64,000 bases of DNA. It comes from Mobula hypostoma. Its lineage: Eukaryota. A model generated the notes under the pieces. The model ran no database searches. It was not told where the DNA came from and was given only the letters and a program-made list of their open reading frames with translations. Positions 1 through 13,456 of the stretch are shown here, in pieces. The stretch spans positions 208,942,001 to 209,006,000 of the forward strand of contig NC_086097.1 of assembly GCF_963921235.1 (NCBI RefSeq). Reading direction: 5' to 3'. A program made the position numbers and the translations under genes. Position 1 is the stretch's first letter. Each line of letters opens with the position of its first letter.

Positions 1-640
1 GCTTGAAACCTATTGTTGTTCAGAGAGACTTGGGTGTCCTTGTGTATTTATCACTGATGTTTGATGTTCTGGCATGGCAAGCAATCTCGTTCTTCAACAA
101 TACATTCTTCGTGAGTCTACAGCAGGCTTCCCTATCCAAGCAAGTACGAAAATGTTATAGGGGTAGTACAGTTTAGGTTCACGAGAATGATTCCTGGAAA
201 ATGTCCTATAAAGTGAGATTAAGCAGATTGGTCTTAATCTTCTTTAAGATAAGCATGAAAGTTGATCTCATTGAAGGAGTCAATATAGCTATGGGGCTTG
301 ATAGGGTGGGTGTAAGGGTGTTCCCTAACTGGATTGTCTAGAACCAGGGGGTCACAGTCTCAAAGTAAGCATCTGGGCATTCAGTATTGAGATGAGAAGA
401 GATTTCCTCACTCAGGAGATAATAAATCTTTGGAATTGGATACCTGAAGGAGCAGTAGATGCTCAATGACCAAATATATTCAAGCCCAAGATGAAGAGGT
501 TTTTTTGTCATATTAATAGGAATCAAAGGATATGGAATTTGTTCAAAGAAAGCAACAGCAAGATTAAAAAAGCTACAATATTCTTGAATGGCACAGCAGA
601 CACAAGGGGCCGAATGGCCCACTTCTACTTCTTTTTCTTG
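1..640 (+). mobile_element. Decayed CR1 LINE 3' end
   Basis: Recognisable CR1 3' sequence (CAGAGAGACTTGGGTGTCCTTGT; TCTAGAACCAGGGGGTCACAGTCTCAA; GGGCCGAATGGCC tail). Confidence 0.7.
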
Positions 641-1350
641 CGTCCTGTTGAATCAGCCAATGTTAGCACAGTTAACAAAGTCATATTTATGTTCAGACAT
701 GTTGTTCAACCCTTATCAAATTTTAATTGTCCTTATCTATTGAGAAGCTGTAAATATGGCTTCATACATGGAAAACTCGGAATGTCCTGCGCTCTACATG
801 TAAGGTGTTCTGAACACCAATTTCAAGTACTGTGACTTCAACAGCAGGTTAGATCCTAAGCATCCTGTGGCAAGTGATACACTTCTTTACTCCCTGAAAT
901 TTTGTACTATGTACCAGAAGTTTGATGGAAGTATTATTATGGTTGCATTTATTTTACATTTCATGATAAACACAGCCCCAACAACACTTGGGAGTATTCA
1001 CACCATCTGAAATAAAGCATCTAGGTGTCAGGACTTAACCAAAACCCATCCACCAACATAAATTGTATCTCTCTCCACCACTACAACAGACACGGCAGCA
1101 GATTTAGCAAGAATTGACATTCCAAAACCATGAGTTCTATCACCAAATGTTCATAAATTAGGAATGGAAACAATCCTTTTCCAGTCCCCACAGAACACCA
1201 TTCCTGACCATCCTTTATGTAGTAGATACAGATACAGATGCCCTGCCTATGGTCAATGAACATTCCGAAGTGTTCAATCCAACACTTCTTCTTTTCCTGT
1301 GTTTCTGGTTGAAGACCCACTGTATAACAAGTACACTCAATGAAAAACCG

Positions 1351-1643
1351 CATTTATTAATCTGGAGTTGGGAACAAGCCCTTCCAGCCCAACGAGCCAC
1401 ATCACCCAGCAACCTATCTAATTAACATTAGCCTAATCACGGGACAATTTGCAATGACCAATTAACCTACTAACTGGTACATCTTTAGACTGTAGGAAGA
1501 AACCGGAGCAACCAGAGGAAACCCATGTGGTCACGGGGAGAATCTATAAACTCCTTACAGATGGCACTGGAATGGAACTCCCAAGTCCAGAACCTCCTGG
1601 GCTGGAAGAGTGTCACACTAACTGCAAAGCTACCACGGCACCC
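1351..1643 (-). mobile_element. HE1/V-SINE-like SINE
   Basis: Reverse-strand V-domain (GGAAACCC..GTCACGGGGAGAA..AAACTCC) with a decayed tRNA head. Confidence 0.75.
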
Positions 1644-2500
1644 TTCAAATGTTTCGCCTTCAGTCAGTGTGAGCTGAGGCTCATAGTGATTTCTTGCCAA
1701 GAAAATATCAATTTCTGATATTTTATCAGTTTTATCAATTTTTGTGTAAACATTAAAATATGCCTGGTTTTCTACTGTTCCAAAACATACCTATTTAATT
1801 TCAGCCCATAGTTCTTCTGAGTAAAAAAGATCTGTTCCTTCATTGAATAATGGCCATTGTACAAAGTATATTCAGCTATAAATCTAATTTTTAGCCCTCC
1901 AGAGAAGATCACTGTAGATCTCCTTGCTCCAGTTCATGAATGGTAATTTCCTATTTGCAAACAACGGATTTTTTTTGTGTTAATGTAATATAGCTTAACT
2001 TGATATCTATGTTTTAAGCTAAATAAGAACCAAGTTATATTTGCTTCCAAGTACAGATAGATTGCAAAGCACAAATAACTAAAAAGATCAAAACAGTTAA
2101 CAATGTAATAATTATGTTTGACTCCCTTGTTGGCTTTAGTTGAAAGTCGGGAGTCTCCAAATAGAATCTGTGTAATTTTACTTTCACGGCTGCAGAGTGT
2201 AAAACAAAATGGAGATCTGAAAAAGTCTGACTATTACTTGGGTACTGCTCAACTGACTGGAATATACGTAACAATGAGGTCCATTTCATATTATTTTCAA
2301 CAACTTAATTTCCTTGTGGATTTTTATCATGAAATTCACTACTTCAAAAATCCTACTCCACACTTCTAGAAGGAATTAACACAATATTATAACTGAAACT
2401 ACAGCAGTCATGGCAGCATCTGTGAAAATAGAAAGAAAATTAAGGTTTTAAGACAGATAAAAAAAGGAATAGATATAAATATGGCTTTATATTTATATTT

Positions 2501-3313
2501 ATGGTGCTAAATGGCGACTCCTTTGTTTGCATCTTAGAAACAGCTCTATTTCCATCTTTAATATCTTTATTTTTCCCTTTTAGGGATCTCTTGAAGACTC
2601 TGACCTGGAGTTACACACTGACTTTGGTTCTTTGCGGGAATGGGACCCATTCTCGTGGTTTCAGGACTGCCCGTTGTTTAGCACACCGAGGGCTCAGCCT
2701 GAGAGTCCGGTTCATATTTGGAAGCCTGAGATCTCAGGGCTCTGAAGAAGGGCGGATCGAGGGTCGGTGTCATGGCAGGAGACCCGTGTGTCATCTGGGG
2801 AGCCGGAAAATCTACTGCTGCTGTGTGCCCGAAGACCCGGGATCTTTGCGATCTTCAGGCACAGAGCTCGAGAAAAGCAACGTAATGTCTTCTAACATCA
2901 TAAACCAGCGAGTTGTTTGTTATGTCTTCCCGCTCGCTGGGAAAATGGAGACACCTCCTTCACCCTAATTAGTGAGAGAGAGAGCCTGTGGTATGTCAAA
3001 TGCCGGATGAAACACAAAGTCTTTGAGGTCACTGCAAGTCTGTGTCTTTGCTATTGTCTTGCTCATGCTTAAGTGCTTGGTGGCGGTGCTGGTGCTTTTT
3101 TTTTGCTGCTGCGGGGAGGGGGGGATTGTTGCTCACTGCCGCTTATGTGCGGGGGGTGTTTGCTGGGAGTTGGACTTTGGAGTTCTCACATTTAACTTCA
3201 TTCATTCTCTGGGGCACTTCTCTGTTTTCGTGGATGTTTGCAAAGGAAAAACGTTTCAGGATGTATATTGTATACATTTCTCTGACATTAAATTGGACCT
3301 TTGGACCTTTGAA
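2501..3313 (+). mobile_element. Non-autonomous LINE-associated repeat with (GGACCTTT)n tail, inserted in an old Penelope remnant
   Basis: Abrupt GC/CpG-richer block ending ATTAAATTGGACCTTTGGACCTTTGAA, with no credible ORF. Flanks (about 2390-2480 and 3315-3830) look like decayed Penelope sequence. Confidence 0.55.
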
Positions 3314-4271
3314 ATCACAGAGCACAGCAGGAGGGATGGGTAGAACAAAGGGAAAATAAGTTACAGCATGAAGAGAGGTAAAATTATTTAACGGAAGTCA
3401 TCTTTGTCTACATTGTATGTTGCTATTAACAAGAATGTGGGTGTGCCAGTGGTCAGGTTATACTAATGGAGAAGGAAAAATTGAACCAATATCACAGATG
3501 GATGACTTACAGTAGAAATAGTAAGTTCTGATATAGACAGAGGAACAAGTTACGTAAAGTTAGCAAATTTGATATTGATTCCAGAGAGGTGCAATCTGAT
3601 CACTTGGAAGATAAGGAGTTTTTTTTTATGGTCTTGTTCCTACAGTGCAGAATACCATAGCCAGCCACGTTAATGAAGGAGTCACTTTAATTCTCCATCC
3701 CATTTCCATTCTGACTGTGATCTCCCACAGTGCTACAATGTGGCTGCACGCAGGCTTGAGGGAAAACACTTCACCTTCCATCTGGGCATGCTATAACATT
3801 CCAGTCTCAAGGCCAAACCTTTAATTATAATTAAGGCAGGGGTTGATAGATTCTTGATTGATCAGGTATAAAGGAATAATGGGGGGAAGACAGGAGATTG
3901 AGGCTGAGAGGAAAATGACAGGGCAGACTTGATGGGCCAAATGGCCTAATTCTGCACCTATGTCTTATGGTCTTATTTAGCTATCACTTTTAGTGCCAGG
4001 TACAGAACAATCCATTTCTGTTGCAAAAATTACTCAGTTTTCCATTAATACAACCTAACCTGCTCGATACGTTTGACTGTCCTACTTTTAGCAACACATA
4101 AGGTAGATAAAGAACCTTAGTCACGATCTAACTGCATCCATTTACACATTTAACCTGGTCTCACCCTGTCACACCTATTCCCTTTGCTCTTTCCATCCCT
4201 TCCACAAATTTCTGTGCAATTTTAAATCACTCTTCTTATCTTACGTTCCCTGTTCTGATAAAGGGTCTACA

Positions 4272-5384
4272 GTGATGAAAGGCTTTGAGAGGTTGGTCAT
4301 GACTAGACTGAACTCCTGCCTCAGCAAGGACCTGGACCCATTGCTATTTGCCTATCACCACAATAGGTCAACGGCAGACATAATCTCAATGGCTCTCCAC
4401 ACGGCTTTAGACCACCTGGACAACTCAAACACTTATGTCAGGATGATGTTCATCGACTAATGCTCAGCATTTAATACCATCATTCCCACAATCCTGATTT
4501 AGAAGTTGCAGAACCTGGGCCTCTGTACCTCCCTCTGCTATTGGATCCTTGACTTCCTAACCGGAAGACCACACTCTGTGCGGATTGGTGATAACATATC
4601 CTCCTCGCTGACGATCAACACTGGCTCACCTCAGGGATGTGTGCTTAGCCTCCTGCTCTACCCTCTATACACCTATGACTGTGTGGCTAGGCATAGCTCA
4701 AATACCATCTATGAGTTTGCTGATGATAGAATTTCATTGTTGGTAGAATTTCAAGTGGTGACAAGAGGGTGTACAGGAGTGAGATATGCCAACTAGTGGA
4801 GTGGTGTCGCAGCAACGACCTGGTACTCAACACCAGTAAGATGAAAGAGCTGATTGTGGACTTCAGGAAGGGTAAGACAAAGAAAAACATAGCAATCCTC
4901 ATAGAGGGATCAGAAGTGGAGAGAGTGAGCAGTTTTAAGTTCCTGGGTGTCAAGATCTCTGAGGATCTAACCTGGTCCTAACATAGCGATGTAGTTATAA
5001 AGAAAGCAAGCAGCTGTACTTCATTAGGAGTTTGAAGAGATTTGGCATGTCAACAAATACACTCAAAAACTTCTATAAATGTACCATGGAGAGCATTTTG
5101 ACAGGCTGCATTACCATCTGGTATGGGGGGGGGGTAGGGGGTGGCTACTGCATAGGACTGCAAGAAGCTGCAGAAGGTTGTAAATCTAGTCAGCTCCATC
5201 TTGGTACTAGCCTACAAAGTACACAGGACATCTTCAGGGAGCGGTGTCTCAGAAAGGCAGTGTCCATTATTAAGGACCTCCAGCACTCAGGGCATGCCCT
5301 TTTCTCACTGTTACCATCACGTAGGAGGTACAGAAGCCTGAAGGCACACACTCAGTGATTCAGGAACAGCTTCTTCCCCTCTCT
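4272..5384 (+). mobile_element. Rex1/Babar-type LINE, 5'-truncated and disrupted
   Basis: RT motifs [48 protein letters not shown] and SFKFLGV, with stops and frameshifts. Its 3' tail appears to resume at about 6210-6405 (AATAAACCTGATTCTGA). Confidence 0.85.
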
Positions 5385-6208
5385 GTCAATGTCAGTAAGA
5401 CGAAGGAATTGGTTGTTGACTTCAGAAGGAGTAGCAGACTGCACGACCCAATTTACATCGGTGGTACGCAAGTGGAACAGGTCAAAAGCTTTAAGTTCCT
5501 CAGGGTCAATATCACAAATGACCTGACTTGGTCCAACCAAGCAGCATTCACTGCCAAGAAGGCCCACCAGCGCCTTTACTTCCTGAGAAAACTAAAAAAA
5601 TTTGGCCTCTCCCCTAAAACCCTCACTAATTTTTATAGATGCACCGTAGAAAGCATTCTTTTAGGGTGCATCAGAACCTGTTATGGAAGTTGTCCTGTCC
5701 AAGACTGAAAGAAGCTGCAGAAGATCATGAACACGGCGCAGCGCATCACACAAACCAATCTTCCGTCCTTGGACTCACTTTACACCGCACGCTGTCGGAG
5801 CAGTGCTGCCAGGATAATCAAGGACACGACCCACCCAGCCAACAGACTTTTCGTCCCTCTTCCCTCCGGGAGAAGGTTCAGGAGCTTGAAGACTCGTACG
5901 GCCAGATTTGGGAACAGCTTCTTTCTAACTGTGATAAGACTGCTGAAGGGATCCTGACCCGGATCTGGACCGTACCCTCTAAATATCCGGACCTGCCTCT
6001 CGGTTTTTTTGCACTACCTTACTTCCCATTTTTCTATTTTCTATTTATGATTTATAATTTATAATTTAAAAAATTAATATTTACTAATTTTGACTATTTT
6101 TAATATTTAATATTTGTAATCCAGGGAGTGTGAAGCACAGAATCAAATATCTCTGTGATGATTGTACGTTCTAGTACCAATTGTTTGGCGACAATAAAGT
6201 ATAAAGTA
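5385..6208 (+). mobile_element. Second Rex1/Babar subfamily 3' fragment nested in the first
   Basis: NVSKTKELVVDFRR..SFKFL..KKAHQRLYFLRKLKK..FYRCTVESIL..LPSGRRFRS; tail AATAAAGTATAAAGTA. The same 3' UTR recurs in reverse at about 48787-48977. Confidence 0.85.
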
Positions 6209-7785
6209 TTTAGTACAGTATTCCTGTTTTTTGCATGTTTTAATCTATACAATAGACATATACTGCAATTGATTTACTTACTTACTTATTGTTATTATTT
6301 TTATTTTATTTTTTTTTCTCTGCTAGATTATGTATTGCATTGAACTGCTGCTGCTAAGTTAACAAATTTCACGTCGCCTTCCGGAGATAATAAACCTGAT
6401 TCTGACCTGACCTGCTGAGATCTCTTCCACTGAACTTCCCATATTTCACATATCAGTAATAATCAGAACACACAGTTAATTCTGATGGTGTGGCAGATGA
6501 ACTTCTGTACTAATAACATATTGTTTGGTTCAATGAGATTTTACTAAATTGTGATGCTAAATTCAATTGCATTTAATATATCTAAAAATATTTGCCCAAT
6601 GAGATTTATAAACAAATTGTGTCTGAATCTGCTTTAAATTACTTTCAAAAACCTCAAGTTGTGTAGTCTATTACATTTTCAAATTTGTCGCATGTACCAA
6701 GAACAAAGTCAAATTCTCTCTCAGAAACTGTACTTGAGAAAGAACAAAAATTGTCAGTCCTCCATTGGCTCTAGTGGATGACGATAAGCTAAATATTCAC
6801 TTTACAGGGTAATTTTAAGTCCTTATGAGTACATAAATTGAGCATTTCTTTAGTGACACAAGAAAGGTGAGGTTGAATAGACTCTGCACACCGCACTTTG
6901 GGGTAATTAATCTCCTACTTGGAGATTATTACCCCAAAGTGCACTGAATCTTCTGTTTGGGAAAAATAAAAATAAAGAAAAACAAACAGTTCTAAATTTA
7001 AAACAACAGGATAATCATCCAGCCTTAATGCTGGATTCCTTAATTAGTGCACATAATAAAGATAGCTGATACACACTTTATATTTCACAAGTCATTTACA
7101 AACACCAGTGCTGATATTTGTATTTTAGTGTAGCACTAAGTGCATGAAAGAGATAAATTATTTAATAATTAGAGAGGCATAGTGTTTATGCTCTTTTGTT
7201 ATCATCCATTTTTGCACAACTGCAAAATCAGTATCAGCACCAACAAATCTAAATACAATATATAAAGATAGAGATGATCATGAATAATTTACCCATACTA
7301 TGAAAAAGGCAGGTAACACACCAAATTGTCACTGTCTGATGTATTTCCATGATTGCATCATCAAGCCACTAGTTATCCCACTGTTCTTTGCCTCTATGCG
7401 TCAATTTGGGCTAATATTGCAAGTGGCAGAATCTTATGCATTGTTTCAATGTGCTGGTGATCATGACTCTTATATTTTGTATGCTGGCATGTCTGTGCAT
7501 ACTATGAGCATACCCAGGATCATCAGTAATGACCCACTTTTGCACAGTTAGAATTCTTGAATTCCAGTGACTTTTGTCCAGGGTATATGAGTACTGATCC
7601 ACATGATCTACTGCCTATGGTCACACATCAGGTGGATTTTGAGGGCGAGAAGTCCCCTTTTTTGTTTCCAGTAGTGGGAACTGTTGGCATGTAGTGGCAA
7701 CAAAGCAGAGTACATGTAACTATGAGCCATGAGGAAGCCTGCACTCTTGGCAAAAATAAATGCTCCTTCCTTTTAGGACAATATA

Positions 7786-8002
7786 GGACGGTGCAGTAAC
7801 ATAGCATTAGCGTATCACATTACAGAACCAGTGACCTAGATTCAATTCCTGCCACTGCCTGTAGGAGTTTGTACATTCTCCCTGTGTCTGCATGGGTTTC
7901 CTCCAGGTGCTCTGGTTTCCTCCCACATTCCAAAGATGTATGCATTAGTAGGTTAATTAGTCATTTAGGTGTAATAAAGCAGCACTGGCTCATTGGGCAA
8001 GA
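7786..8002 (+). mobile_element. HE1/V-SINE-like SINE
   Basis: Decayed tRNA head, then GGAGTTTGTACATTCTCCCTGTGTCTGCATGGGTTTCCTCCAGGTGCTCTGGTTTCCTCCCACATTCCAAAGA. Confidence 0.8.
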
Positions 8003-9075
8003 AGATAGATACTTTATTGACCCTAAAAGGAAATGACAGTATCACTGTAGCATTACATGTGCACAGATATAAAAATATACAAATATTAGAAGAGAAGTAA
8101 GAAAGAATGAAAATGTTACTTCAAACAGTCTAACAGGAGGGGGCCATCACTCCCCAGCTATGGGTTGACTCATTATAGAGCCTAATGGTCGAGGGTAAGA
8201 ATGACCTCATATAGCGCTCTTTGGAGCAGCGCAGTTGTCTTAGTCTATTACAAAAAGTGCTCCTCTGTTCAGCTAAGCTGGCATGCAGAGGGTGAGAAGC
8301 ATTGACCAGAAATACCAGGATTTTCCATTGGGTCCTTTGTTCTACCATAGCCTCCAGTGTGTCCAGTTAGACTCCTATAACAGAGCCAGCTTTTCTAATC
8401 AGTTTATCGATCCTGTTGCTCCAGTGTTACCAGTGTTAATGCTGTTGCTCCAGCACACCACCGCATAGAAGACTGTACTGGTGACAACAGACTGGTAGAA
8501 CATGCGAAAGAGAGGCCTACATACTCCAAAGGACCTCAGTCCTCTCAGGAAGTAGAGGTGACTCTTGCCCTTCTTGTACACAGCCTCGGTGTGGTGCTCC
8601 ACTCATCCGTCATCCAGGCACACCCCCAGGTACTTGTAGGTCTTTAACACATCCATGTCAATACCATCAATAGTAACGGTGAAAGTGCAGTCTCAGTCTT
8701 CCCAAATTCTATCACCGTCTCCTTTTGTCTTACTGATGTTGAGCTGCAGATGTTTCATCTTGCACCATTTGACAAAGTCCGCCACCAGGGCCCTGTATTC
8801 ATCCTCCATCCACCCTTTATACACCCAATTATTGCTGAGTCATCATAGAATTTCTGCAGATGACATGACTCAGTGTTGTATCTAAAATCTAAGGTATACA
8901 GGGTAAACAGGAAGGGAGCCAATACAGTCCCCCATGGAGCTCCAGTGTTGCTTTTAGCCGTGTCTGACACACAGCTCTGAAGTCGCACAAGCTGTGGTCT
9001 GCCAGTCAGGTAGTCCATTATCCAGATTACAATGGAAGTGCCAACATGCATTGAATGGAACATTTCCCCCAGCAA
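8003..9075 (-). mobile_element. Rex1-type LINE fragment
   Basis: Minus-strand WIMDYLTGRPQLVRL..NTGAPWGTVLAPFLFTLYT..LQKFYDDSAIIG and LYFLRGLRSFGV; AATAAAGTATCTATC tail. Confidence 0.85.
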
Positions 9076-10902
9076 GGAGGATTATATTGAATTGAATTGA
9101 ATTGACTTTATTTCTTTCATCCTTCACATAACATCTTTACGTTACATCTCCATCTAAATGTTTAATGTACAATCATAGTAATTTATAATAATTTATAATA
9201 AATAGAACAGTCAATGTAACATCAAGTACACTCAAATCAGTGTGAGTTACTCCCATGGATCACGCAGGCAGGGGTTCCCAGTGTAGGAAAGTGAGTAAAT
9301 GCTGTCTTTCCAATGTTCAGGAGGGTCAGTCTATTGTACCTGATGTGACTATCAGCTACTTGAACAGAAAATGCTAAGGAAATCATAGAAATTAGTAGTA
9401 CACTGTAGATTTGGAACGGAGCTTGCAACATGGCCTCCATACACGGCACCATCTTGAAGGATAAAAATGGTGTGTAAGGTCCAGTTACTGTGCTGTATCT
9501 TGAAATAAAGTAAAAATTCATGATTGCCTACCAGGGAATAAAATATTGTTCTCTTTCCCTGAAAATTTCGGGGATCACCTTGAATCCTTTCTTTACACAT
9601 ATTCAAGCCTAAACCATGGATTAAATCAGAGGCAGTGAATATCGAAGGAGGATTCAGTTTTTGGCCTGTTCTGAAGCTGTTGATTTCAGTAATATCCAAT
9701 TTTGAACAAGGAGCTCTCCTTCCCTCATCTCTCCCTTTCTGAGCAGCACATCCACTGCTTGTGCACACTACTCATTCTGCATCCCAACGGGAATGGTAAG
9801 TAACAGAACACTGACCAGTGCCTCCATGTCTTTGTGCAGTGGGTTATATAGGTGCCTGTAAGTCAGGAGAAAGTCACTCTGAACTTTCTGCACCATCCCC
9901 TGTAGACAATTTGAAACCAGAAGGAAAGAACAAAACATTCACTGAATCATTACAACTGCTAAAAATAGCAAAACATATCAACAAATACGTAATTTCCACA
10001 TATTTAAATGGTGTTGATATGGAGTTAGGATTAATGATCTCAGGATTCCTGTCAACAAATATGAATCATATTGAATTGATATACAGCTGGATTAGTCAAA
10101 TTGTTTTTATTGGATTACTGCTTTCATTTCTCCTTCAGCTAATAAATGCATCTGAAGATGGTGTTTTCCTGCATTAATCCCCAAGAATTTAATTTCTGGT
10201 TTAAAGGGTTAGGGAGCAAAACGATTACTTCTTGCATTGCAAAATCTATAGATTACTGCAGTGGTTTGGCAGGAATCGGGAGATCAGGAATAAAAGTCAT
10301 ATGCTCACTGGCCCATAAAAACCATAGAATTAATCCAAAGAGATACCAAAATTTTTTTTTTAATGTAGATGTTGGAAGCATGAACTAAAACCACAAAATT
10401 TGGGAACACTCACTAGGTCAGGCAGCATCTATCGCAAAAGTAACGGAGGCTATATTTCATGTTGAAGACCATCGGAATTAGGAAAGTGAGAAAAGTAAGT
10501 CATTTTTTCCCAGTTTCCCAGTTCTGATGAAGAATCCCCAACCCAGAACATAAACTCTGTTTCTCTTTCTGCAAATGCTGCTTAGCTTCAGAAATTTTCA
10601 GCAGTATCACTTCCATTATAATGACAATATTAATTTATCCGTTAACAGAATACAAGAAAATAGGAGCAGGAGTAGGCTATACGCCTTTAGTCTAAAGTCT
10701 GCCCCACCGTTCAATGTGATTATAGCAGATCTATCCCAGGCCTCATCTCCTCTGCCAGATTCCCAAAGCCCTCAATCCCCTGATGTTTCAAAATTTTACC
10801 TGTCTCAACCGTAAATACTTGTAATGATCTAGCTTCCACAACATTCACCACTCTGTCTGAAAAGAACTTTCGATGCACCTTGGTTATAAATAACTGGCTC
10901 TA

Positions 10903-11505
10903 ATGAATTCCTCGGTGTTGTAATTTCAGAGGATTTGTCCTGGATCCAGCACTTAAGTGCCATTATGAAGAAAGTTCGTCAGCACCTCTGATTTCTTAGA
11001 AGTGTGCAAACATTGACAAACTTCTATAGATGTGTAATGGAGAGCATATTGACTGGCTGCATCACAGCCTGATATGAAAACACCATTGCCCTAGAATGGA
11101 AAAGCTTAAAAAAAGTAATGGATATGGCCCAGTCCTTCGCAGGTAAAGCCCTCCCCACAATTAAGTACAGCTATACAGAGAGCGGTCACAAGAAAACAGC
11201 ATCCATCGTCAAGGACACCCCCACCACCCAGATCAAACTGCTGCCATCAGGAAGAAGATACAGGAGCCTCAGGACTCACACCACCATATTTCAGGAACAG
11301 TTATTACCCCTTAGTCTTGAACCAGTAGGGATAACTTCATTCAACCTTACTCGCCCCATCTCTATGTCTTTATGGGTACAGTCTTTAATTTTGATTCTAC
11401 TGTGTTTCTTGTATTTACTGCGAATGCCAGCATGAATATTTAATCTCAGGGTTGTATATAGCGACATATATGTACTTTGATAATAAATTTACTTTGAGCT
11501 TTTGA
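10903..11505 (+). mobile_element. Rex1/Babar LINE 3' fragment
   Basis: Degenerate FLGV.ISEDLSW, FYRC..ESILTGCI and LLPSGRRYRSL; AATAAATTTACTTTG tail. Confidence 0.75.
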
Positions 11506-11600
11506 ATGTTTAACATCTTAATTTCAAACCTGCAAATGCTACCTGGAGCAGAACTTTAGTAGGATGCCACATCTTTGACCTTTTTAAAGGAAATAGCAGA

Positions 11601-11860
11601 GCACGGTAGCGTAGTGGTTACAGTGCTTTACAGGTGACCCGGGTTCAATTCCCGCTGCTGTCTTTAAGGAGCTTGTACATTCTTCCTGTGACTGCTTGGG
11701 GTTTCCTCCAGGTGCTCTGGTGTTCTCCCACAGTCCAAATACTTACTGGTTGGTAAGTTAATTGGTCATTGTAAATCATCCCATGATTAGGTTATGGTTA
11801 AATTGGGGATTGCCAGGTGGCACAGCTTGTTCTGTGCTGAATCTCAATAAATAAGTAAAT
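11601..11860 (+). mobile_element. HE1/V-SINE-like SINE
   Basis: GCACGGTAGCGTAGTGGTTA..GGGTTCAATTCCCG head, V-domain and AATAAATAAGTAAAT tail. Confidence 0.8.
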
Positions 11861-12847
11861 GAATGTTAGTCTATAAATGAAATTGGGACTGCATAGGATG
11901 AAGAGTGTACATGCCTTTACATAGTAGTTATAGAGGCAATTATTATCACAAAAACAGGCTTTTGAACCCTCCATGTCAAACTGGCTATTGAGTTCCTATC
12001 TTTCCTAATCCCATTTCCCAGCGCTTGGTTCATGGCCACGTATAACATAGTATATCTTTAAGGACGTAATTTCTTCCTCGAATTCACTCTATCGCTTACA
12101 TTAAGTGGATATCTCCACTAAGGGTAAAGGTTTTTCACTGTCAGTATTTTCACATGCCATATTTATGCTTCTCATACTTTGTACACTTCAATAAGGTCAC
12201 CACTTGGCCTTCTCTGTTTCAAAGTTAACAAACCCAGCTCATTCATTCTCTTGTCTTAGATGAAATGCTCCATTCCAGGCGACAACTGGTGAATCTCCTT
12301 TTCACTCTCACTGATGCAGCAATGTGCAATGTTCTTCCAATTGGAAATGCCCGGGTTGTTCATACTAATGTTTTATTTTGTTGTACCCTAAACTTCCTGT
12401 TCTTATATTTATGCCCTGGACAAATGAGGCAATTATCCTACATATTACTTCAACTACCTGATATCCATTTTGATATCCTTGTATATGTGCATCAATAGCT
12501 CCCTGTTGCTCTGTACCTATTGCATTTAAGTTCAATGCACATTCATATTACCTGAGAGGAGGTATTTTCAGTAACACACACAGAACACTGGAGGAACTCA
12601 GCAGGTCAGGCAGCATCCTCGTAATTATCTGGATTGAAATACAGATAGTTGTCTTCAGGTATTTTCAGTCTTACAGCACATTAGGGTGGATAAATCCTCA
12701 GGGCCTAACCAAGTACATCCTCAGACTTTGTGGGAGGCAAGAGGAGAAAGTGCAATTCCCTTGTGGAAATACTTGCTTCACTTTTGGCCACTGCTGAAGT
12801 CCCAGCAGACTGGAAGGGGGTTAATGTAGTTCTATTGTTGAAGGATA

Positions 12848-13066
12848 GCTGGCTGGTGGCGTAGTGGCATCTGCACTGGACTTTGGAGCAAAGGCTCCCG
12901 AGTTCGAACCCAGCTGGCTTCCTTGCACGCTTTCCATCCATGCTGGGTTGAGCTTCGAGCTAGCACTCGGCCTTGTAAAAATAAGAAAGCCTGCTAAAAA
13001 ATCACTGTTATGACCGCATCCCGATGACTCCACTCAGAGTTAAGGGCTTTCTTCTTCTTCTTCTTC
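12848..13066 (+). mobile_element. tRNA-derived SINE with (TTC)n tail
   Basis: A-box TGGCGTAGTGG, B-box GTTCGAACC and (TTC)n tail. 10-bp TSD TTGAAGGATA at 12838-12847 and 13067-13076. Confidence 0.85.
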
Positions 13067-13456
13067 TTGAAGGATATTAAAGACAAGCCAGTGAAAAACA
13101 AGCCAGCCAGCTTGACAGCAGTAGTGGGGAAGTTACTGAAGGGACTTCAGAGGGATGGGCTCTACCAGCACTTGGATAGGCAGACTCTGATCAGGAGGGG
13201 TCAGCATAGTTTAATGTTTGATGAATCTTCTGAAATAACCAGCAAGGCCTTCAACAAGGTTGCACATGCCATGCTGGTGTGGACAGATAGGTGCAATGGA
13301 ATCCTGGGAGAGCTAATTAGTAGAATTCAAAATTTGCTCAGGTGTAGAAATAAGAAGAAGATGGTTGAACAGTGTTTCCTGGAACAGAGAGTGAAGACTG
13401 GTGATTGGTATGCCACAGGGGTCAGTGATAGTACCCTTTTTATTTGTTATTTATAA

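Noticed and set aside
6935..6960. CAAAGTGC resembling the 5' end of miR-17-family miRNAs
   Set aside because: It lies at the base of the 3' arm of the hairpin, the wrong position for a mature 5' end, and the following bases do not match the family.
9608..9802. Possible exon ending at a strong donor ATG|GTAAGT (about 9797)
   Set aside because: The frame I translated hits a stop, there is no recognisable protein similarity and no partner exons. A non-coding exon cannot be excluded.
12848..12920. Possible tRNA gene (also at about 63096-63170)
   Set aside because: A and B boxes are present but I cannot fold a full cloverleaf. Each continues into a SINE body and tail and is flanked by TSDs.
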